NCBI GenBank assembly: GCA_963782525.1
Contig: CAWAKC010000007.1
Coordinates: 348,165 to 412,164 of the forward strand
Source: Candidatus Bathyarchaeota archaeon
GTDB lineage: Archaea; Thermoproteota; Bathyarchaeia; Bathyarchaeales; Bathycorpusculaceae
Direction of reading: 5' to 3'
DNA length: 64,000 nucleotides
The position numbers and the translations under genes are program-made. Positions 58,129-64,000 of the stretch are shown piece by piece (within the stretch, counting starts at the first letter, position 1; each line of letters opens with the position of its first letter). The notes under the pieces were generated by a model. The model was not told the DNA's origin and ran no database searches. It worked only from the letters and a program-made list of their open reading frames with translations.

Positions 58129-58322
58129 TATATTGTAGCCCTCTAAAAAACCAGTTATGGAAATTCTCTAAGTTTTATGTTTTGTACTAGTTTTACGTCG
58201 TTTATGTTAACGACGCTTTTGCTGACTTTCTCGACGGTATCTAAAACAGAGCCCTCATAGTGTAACAAAGAGAGCTGCCTCAAACCAATTGAACATCGGT
58301 TTTAATAAATTTTACTTTCTGC

Positions 58323-58712
58323 TTATTCGCGACAGAACTGGCATTTTTCTGCCCATGATTGCGGCATTTCTTTTTGGCAGTTGGGGCACATTAGGCCTTT
58401 TTCTCTTACGGTTTGGCAGGTTTGGCAGAAGAGTTTGAGGAATTCTGTTTTATTGTCTGGTTGTTTTATGATGTGGGTTACCATTTGGTCTATTAGGGTT
58501 AATATTTCGGGGGTGGTTTCGATGTTTAGTAGATTGCCTCTTTCTCGTCCGACGTATCTGCTGACGGCAGATTGTGATAGTCCGAGGAGGTTTGCGGTTT
58601 GTTTTTCGTTGTAGCCGTGTTTTTCGACGATGGATCGTGCCATTATAGCTTTTACTGCTGGCAAGACTGTTTTCACTCCGACTTCGCATGGTAGTATCAA
58701 GTTATGCACCAA
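58323..58712 (-). CDS. archaeal HTH transcriptional regulator (COG2522-like), Cys-rich C-terminus
   Basis: LPCE...VLPAVKA, ANLLGLSQSAVSRY...RG, FCQTC..CPNC..CQFC. Confidence 0.85.
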   Translation of the reverse strand: MVHNLILPCEVGVKTVLPAVKAIMARSIVEKHGYNEKQTANLLGLSQSAVSRYVGRERGNLLNIETTPEILTLIDQMVTHIIKQPDNKTEFLKLFCQTCQTVREKGLMCPNCQKEMPQSWAEKCQFCRE

Positions 58713-58744
58713 TTACCTCTACTTTTCGGGAAAACCTATTTAAA

Positions 58745-58778
58745 TATGTCGCATGTCATAATTTATGACGCATGTCAA
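58745..58778. promoter_or_regulatory. tandem operator ATGWCGCATGTCA between divergent regulators
   Basis: TATGTCGCATGTCAT 58745 and TATGACGCATGTCAA 58764, joined by the palindrome GTCATAA-T-TTATGAC; next to a TTTAAATA box. Confidence 0.7.
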
Positions 58779-58870
58779 GTGGGGTAGCAGTAAAAATAAT
58801 TGCACTATACCACCCTCCCATCACCAACTCCTTTACCCCGCAATGACAAACGTCGAAGGAGACTAAACAA

Positions 58871-59818
58871 ATGGACAATGTCCTATCATCTACCAGAAAC
58901 AGCGAAAACAACCAAGACGTATCCGAAATGCTCAAGTCGCTGGACGCAGAATGCCGAAATTGCGCACCAACCTCACCCTTAGAATGCATAACTCGCTGTC
59001 AGGTATACAAATTAAAAAATGAGCTCAGAAAACTCCGTGAAACAATGGATAACCCAAACTACATAAAAGAATTATTCAACGTCTTAAAAAACCAAACTAG
59101 GCTTCATATTTTAAAAGCAATCGTTAATGGAAGGTACTCCGTTAGCCAACTTCAGCAAGAACTTAAAAAAACAGGCCACTCACATAGCCAAGACACCATA
59201 AACGAAGAATACCTTCAGCCTTTGATGGCAGTTGGCTTGGCAACCGAATCACGGGACGAGTACTATGCAACCACGTTCGGTGGACGCCTAACAAACACAC
59301 TCGGCAGCTTTCCCGAATTTGCAGAGATGCTGCCCGCTCACTCTGAATGCTACGAAGAAAATCTTTTACGAGCATTACTTTCCGGACCCAAAACTTTTGA
59401 AGAAATAGAAACTTTAATTTCATCAAAGATAGCGTCACGCATCCTAAAGCGGTTGCGTTCGGTTGGTTTAATCGACAGTCCTGAAGATCGAGACTACATC
59501 TTCTTCTTCAAATCAAAACGAGATCCAAGCAAAGAAACCTTTGTGGATACAGAACGAAAAGTCTACGATTCAATCTTGGCTGAGGGAATCTCTGCGGGGA
59601 AACTTGCTAAAGAAACTGGATTATCCCTGAGAAGAACCTACAAGTACCTCAGAGGTTTGAAGGGCAAAAAACTCGTGTTCGTAAGAAAAACGCCCAAAGC
59701 CTACGGTTTAACCTGCAAAGGCGAACTGTTAGCCTCGGTATTAACAGAGCTGCAGCAGATAGTTGATGAGACTTGGAGTTTTTCACAACAAGTCATCAAC
59801 AACAACGACAACGCTTAG
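58871..59818 (+). CDS. multi-winged-HTH regulator with N-terminal CX2CX7CX3C motif
   Basis: CRNCAPTSPLECITRC, then an ArsR-like wHTH (LFNVLKNQTRLHIL) and further wHTH units (LAKETGLSLRRTYKYL). Confidence 0.75.
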   Translation: MDNVLSSTRNSENNQDVSEMLKSLDAECRNCAPTSPLECITRCQVYKLKNELRKLRETMDNPNYIKELFNVLKNQTRLHILKAIVNGRYSVSQLQQELKKTGHSHSQDTINEEYLQPLMAVGLATESRDEYYATTFGGRLTNTLGSFPEFAEMLPAHSECYEENLLRALLSGPKTFEEIETLISSKIASRILKRLRSVGLIDSPEDRDYIFFFKSKRDPSKETFVDTERKVYDSILAEGISAGKLAKETGLSLRRTYKYLRGLKGKKLVFVRKTPKAYGLTCKGELLASVLTELQQIVDETWSFSQQVINNNDNA

Positions 59819-59839
59819 CAACTACTTTCCTTTTTTTAT

Positions 59840-60322
59840 TTATCCGCCACCAGGCGCGCCATGGAACGGAACATTTTCCCAAAGCATCTTCCACCAATCA
59901 GCCTCAGTTATGGTTTCGCCATGAACGATAATTTCTAAAACCATCTTCAACATCGCGTGGTGCCTGCATTCATCTTCTAATATGGCTTTAAGCAGGAACA
60001 CTACCTTTTCGTTTTCGATTTCTGGTATTTTTTCCTGAAGCACCTTGATTAATTTTGCTTCAATTTCTATGTGCTTTTTGACCAGTTTTGTTTGCTCATC
60101 AAGGTCATCTTGTGTTAGAGCAGTTGAAGCGCTGGTTAACAAGGTTAAGGCAGACGTATAGAGCTGAGCGTGCTTCATAGAATCCAATGATACACCCTTC
60201 AAAACACCCTTAACCGCTGGGTTCTTCATGTCGACGAGCGCTTTCTCAAGAGAATCAACAATTTCGTTTTCAACAACAATCTGGTTATTTAAAAAGTCTA
60301 GGAGTTTTTTCTTTTTTTCCAT
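59840..60322 (-). CDS. ferritin-like (rubrerythrin-type) di-iron protein
   Basis: Two helix-pair repeats E..DSMKHA and E..DECRHH. Confidence 0.85.
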   Translation of the reverse strand: MEKKKKLLDFLNNQIVVENEIVDSLEKALVDMKNPAVKGVLKGVSLDSMKHAQLYTSALTLLTSASTALTQDDLDEQTKLVKKHIEIEAKLIKVLQEKIPEIENEKVVFLLKAILEDECRHHAMLKMVLEIIVHGETITEADWWKMLWENVPFHGAPGGG

Positions 60323-60346
60323 AATGTTTTCTCCAACCGTTTAGTG

Positions 60347-60791
60347 TTAAGTCCGATTCATCAAGGTTTCGGAAATCTTCTTTCCCAGGTTTCTGCATGA
60401 GTTGAGGATGTTTTGGTCTGGGTTATATTTTGCTAAGAATAGGAGGTTCAATGGTTTGCATCCCAAACTTGTTCTTCATAATTTCCAAGATAAGCTTTGG
60501 TGCTTCACCGCTCCATCCATAAGAACCAAAAGCTGTACCTATCTTGCCCTTTAAATTTTGACCCTTCACAGCAGCTTCCTCAAAAAGGTTCTTGAAGTCA
60601 ACCGGCATGTCATGATGGTAAGTTGGTGCCCCAACGAGTATGGCGTCGTAACTGTTTAGGCTTTCAGCGTCTACATGAAAATTCAGTTCTACTTCAACGT
60701 CGCCGCCGCTCTGGGCTCCCTCAGAAACAGCATTTGCCATTTTCTCAGTGTTCCCCGTTCGACTATAATAGAGAACGAGTACTTTCTTCAT
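60347..60791 (-). pseudogene. flavodoxin, frameshifted near the 3-prime end
   Basis: YYSRTGNTEKMA, GAPTY and FGSYGWSGEA motifs; stop at 60423, while the shifted frame continues LAKYNPDQNILNSCRNLGKKISETLMNRT to 60347. Confidence 0.82.
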
Positions 60792-60844
60792 AGACAAAAC
60801 TTAACCAGTAAGTTATTTCAACATTTTCCTTTTTAAAAATTGAC

Positions 60845-61138
60845 TTACTGCAACAAAAATCGATCTATTAGTTTCTTACAGTTGTATCGATGCCCCAGGT
60901 TTTCTGTCAATTGCCCCTTTGATTTGGGTTGCCCTGGTTTTTTTCCCTTGCTTTCGCCGCCTTTCCTCCGAATTTCTTTGAAGAATTCCGAACTGCGTTC
61001 CTCAGCAACCTTCTCCCCACCTTTCCTACCTATCCGTCTGTAGAATTCTGAACCTCTTTCCCTCGCCACCTTCTCGCCGCCCCTTCTGCCGGCTTCCTGC
61101 CTAGATATCTTTCCTTCCTCTTAACTTTTCACTGACAT
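60845..61138 (-). pseudogene. KGG stress-repeat protein, copy 3, with in-frame TAA at codon 6
   Basis: GGAGGTGA RBS, ATG 61138: MSVKS*EEGKISRQEAGRRGGEKVARERGSEFYRRIGRKGG. Confidence 0.78.
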
Positions 61139-61206
61139 AACCCTTTCACCTCCAACTCGAACTTAAGGAAATTAAAAGAAGAAAACTCAAAAAACCTGTG
61201 AAGCGA

Positions 61207-61392
61207 TTACTCTTCGTGCTCTTTTCCTTCTTGGATAAGTTTGCGGACTCTTTGACCGCCTTTTGGACCACCGATTTTTCCTCCTCTGCGGCCTATTTCA
61301 CTGTAAAATTCCCCGCCGTGAGTTTCAGAAGTCCTTAATCCGCCCCTTCGTCCCGCTTCTTCAACAGTCATTTTACCCTTCTTTTCTTCCAA
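61207..61392 (-). CDS. KGG/GsiB/Em-like stress-repeat protein, copy 2
   Basis: MTVEEAGRRGG..THGGEFYSEIGRRGG; GAGGAGGTGA RBS before TTG 61392. Confidence 0.88.
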   Translation of the reverse strand: MEEKKGKMTVEEAGRRGGLRTSETHGGEFYSEIGRRGGKIGGPKGGQRVRKLIQEGKEHEE

Positions 61393-61478
61393 AAAAATCA
61401 CCTCCTCAACCAATAAAATTAAGCACTAGGACATGAGAAAAAATAAGTTAAACGATAAATGAGTCAGTTTGAAGGTGC

Positions 61479-61796
61479 TTATTCTTCCTCATGTTCCTTT
61501 CCCGCTTGGATTAGTCGTCGGACTCTTTGACCGCCTCTATGACCTGCTTCTTCGAGGCTTGTTTTTCCCTCCGCTTCAGCTGAGCCTTCATGCTGTTTTG
61601 CTCGTTCGGATCCGCCTTTGCTGCCGATTTCACTGTAGAATTCGGGTCCTCGCTCCATCGAGACTTTTTCTCCGCCTTTACGGCCTATCTCTTCATAGAA
61701 TTCGCGTCCGTGGGTTGAAGCGGTTTTTTCTCCGCCTTTCCTGCCTGCCTCAGCAACGGTCATCTTACCTTTTCGTTCTTCGGTTCGTGTACTCAA
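61479..61796 (-). CDS. KGG/GsiB/Em-like stress-repeat protein, copy 1
   Basis: MTVAEAGRKGG..THGREFYEEIGRKGG repeats; GGAGGTGA RBS before TTG 61796. Confidence 0.9.
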   Translation of the reverse strand: MSTRTEERKGKMTVAEAGRKGGEKTASTHGREFYEEIGRKGGEKVSMERGPEFYSEIGSKGGSERAKQHEGSAEAEGKTSLEEAGHRGGQRVRRLIQAGKEHEEE

Positions 61797-62033
61797 AAAA
61801 TTCACCTCCTATTAAACTGCGCAAAAGTTGATAAGAATAGAGCCGAACAACCGCTCATAAAGCTATGTTGTAGTGATATAGCAGTAACATGCCTACTAAA
61901 CATCAAAAAAAATCGGGTTAATATCTATAATTAGACATAAATCAGCTTATGTTATGATTGTTTCCGATAAAATTGTATATATAAATTAATTTATATCTAT
62001 GTCAGGCAAATTAAATAATTACTGGGTCAACCG

Positions 62034-63509
62034 ATGAAAGTGCTTCTTATCAATCCGCCTCAGACGTTTTATCCCGGTTCAGAACAGCCTGCAGGCAATC
62101 TGCCGATTGGTTTAATGTATATAGCAGCGGTTTTGAAGCAGGCGGGTTACGAAGTTGAAATTTTAGATGCTTTCATAGCCGCAACGTTCCAGAAAACTGG
62201 TGAAACAGTGACGGTTGGCTTGCCCTTTGAGCAGATAAAACAGGAAATAAACGCAAGAAAACCCCAAATCATCGGGATATCTGGACCCTTCACCTGCCAG
62301 ATAGAGAACTCCATTAAAGTAAGCAACTTAGCCAAAGAAGTTAACCCCAACATTCTAACAGTAATGGGCGGTCCACACGTAACCTTAGTTCCCAAAGAGT
62401 TTCTTGAAGAAGCCAACAACGTGGATGTTGCGGTTGTGGGCGAGGGTGAACACGCAATGCTTGAGGTTGCTCAAGCGTTTGAAGGTAAAAAACAACTCAG
62501 CGAAATATTGGGCATCGCCTACCGCCAAGCAGGCAAAGTTACAATAAATCCATCTAGACCACTTATTGAGAATCTGGATGATTTGCCCTACCCAGCCTAC
62601 GATTTGGTGGATATGGACCAGTATCTGAATCCTCAAAAGATTGGGTACCGGAGCTTCCAAAACCGAGCTATATCTATGATTACAAGCCGCGGCTGTCCCT
62701 TCAACTGCTGCTTCTGCGCTGTCCATCTGCATATGGGACAGAAATTCAGGGCGCATTCAGCGGAATATGTGTTAAACCACATTCAATATGTCGTTGATAA
62801 GTTTAAAGTCCAAAACATCTTTTTCGAAGACGATAACCTGACATTGGATCTTAAACGGTTTGAAGCCATCTGCGACGGCATAATCCAACGCAAAATTAAG
62901 ATTAGCTGGGAAACCCCCAACGGCGTCCGCGCAGACTGCCTCAACATGGAATTGCTCAAGAAAATGAAGCAATCAGGCGCCAACAGCATCTTTGTCGGCG
63001 TTGAATCTGGCGATCAACAAATCCTCGACACCGTTATCTGCAAAAGTCTTGACCTTAACCGTGTCGTCGAGTTCGCTAAGAACGCCCAGCAAATCGGGTT
63101 AAAAACAGGTGCGTTCTATATCATAGGGTTCCCAGGTGAAACCAAAGCGAATATGCAGCGAACCGTCGATTTTGCTCTCGAACTCAAACGCAAGTATGAT
63201 GTGGGTATGCACCTGTTTGCTGCAACGCCGTCTTATGGTACACGCTTGTATGAAGAATGCAAAGCTAACGGCTACTTGCCAGCAGATCTATCATGGAACA
63301 GCTTCGCTCAGGCACGGCAAGCCAAAGGCATGCCGCTGATTACAACTAACGAGTTTACACCTGCCGAAGTCAAAGAAATAGCAACCAAAGCACTTGCCGA
63401 ATACAAGAAACTATCGCTAATAGGTCACATAAAGCATCCTGGAAAAGCGTTTAAAACCGCATTTGAACAGCCGCAACTCATCCTAAAATACATTAAAAAC
63501 CTGTTTTAA
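62034..63509 (+). CDS. B12-binding radical SAM protein
   Basis: MKVLLINPP, PIGLMYIAA, GGPHVT, GEGE, TSRGCPFNCCFC and GVESG motifs. Confidence 0.93.
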   Translation: MKVLLINPPQTFYPGSEQPAGNLPIGLMYIAAVLKQAGYEVEILDAFIAATFQKTGETVTVGLPFEQIKQEINARKPQIIGISGPFTCQIENSIKVSNLAKEVNPNILTVMGGPHVTLVPKEFLEEANNVDVAVVGEGEHAMLEVAQAFEGKKQLSEILGIAYRQAGKVTINPSRPLIENLDDLPYPAYDLVDMDQYLNPQKIGYRSFQNRAISMITSRGCPFNCCFCAVHLHMGQKFRAHSAEYVLNHIQYVVDKFKVQNIFFEDDNLTLDLKRFEAICDGIIQRKIKISWETPNGVRADCLNMELLKKMKQSGANSIFVGVESGDQQILDTVICKSLDLNRVVEFAKNAQQIGLKTGAFYIIGFPGETKANMQRTVDFALELKRKYDVGMHLFAATPSYGTRLYEECKANGYLPADLSWNSFAQARQAKGMPLITTNEFTPAEVKEIATKALAEYKKLSLIGHIKHPGKAFKTAFEQPQLILKYIKNLF

Positions 63510-64000
63510 TAAGAGTGGGGGCATCGGTTTATTCTTAGGCTCCTATTTTTGCCATTAACGCGTTTTTTTTGCAACCCTATTACTTCGTTTTTTCTCTTGT
63601 GTGGGTGTGGTGTCCTAAAAATTGCACATCACACTTGTGGCTTTGGACATGTTTGCTTTTCTTGGTTTAGGCTTTTTTCTTATTGTGGATTAAGTGTGGC
63701 AGAGGGTTTGCACTATACACAGTTCAACATGGAATCAATGCAAAGTAGTGTGAGTGTGCAAGCATATTAGCAACTCTGTTTCTATGATTTATGGGCTTGT
63801 TCCTAAAAAATCCAAAAAATATGTCTAACTTATGTTTGTGTCCTCCTTTGTAGGGTTAAAGCAAAAGGCGCATAAATGTGCAAATCGATGTTGCTGATTC
63901 AGGCGTTGGGCTAATTTTTACAGAAAATTGTAACAGCGTTACAGATTTTAGTAACGACAATCCAACCGCAAATCAAGGTCTATTACTAAAACAGTGGCGG

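Noticed and set aside
61121-61123. Stop-codon readthrough (Sec/Pyl) in the third KGG gene
   Set aside because: The codon is TAA, not TGA or TAG, and the 3-prime end is also degenerate
63549-64000. ORF 63549-63770 and the rest of the window end
   Set aside because: No motif, RBS or convincing frame on either strand; cannot be interpreted without downstream sequence

Overview
Archaeal chromosomal window, most consistent with Bathyarchaeia or a related TACK lineage (inferred from PolD DP1/DP2, Elf1, GINS15-PriS, a thaumarchaeosortase-like gene and frequent TTG starts). It carries housekeeping genes for translation, transcription, replication and nucleotide metabolism, a replication origin (ORB boxes at 16413-16996) next to cdc6 and DP1, a tRNA-Glu(UUC) with an atypical T-loop, a glycosylation island (37.6-47.8 kb), an iscS-iscU-sufS operon, an iron/redox-stress cluster (56.8-60.8 kb) and three KGG stress-repeat genes. 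The most striking unexplained feature is a 3-kb module left of oriC (13.7-16.5 kb). It encodes three uncharacterised helix-turn-helix proteins, one membrane-anchored with a long coiled coil. The spacers hold dense arrays of two DNA motifs, the palindrome TGTGAYGTCACA and TTCACA, partly at 10-11 bp spacing, and TTCACA copies extend into the origin. This is a candidate ParA-independent origin tethering or segregation system. All family assignments come from motif recognition by eye; no database searches were run.
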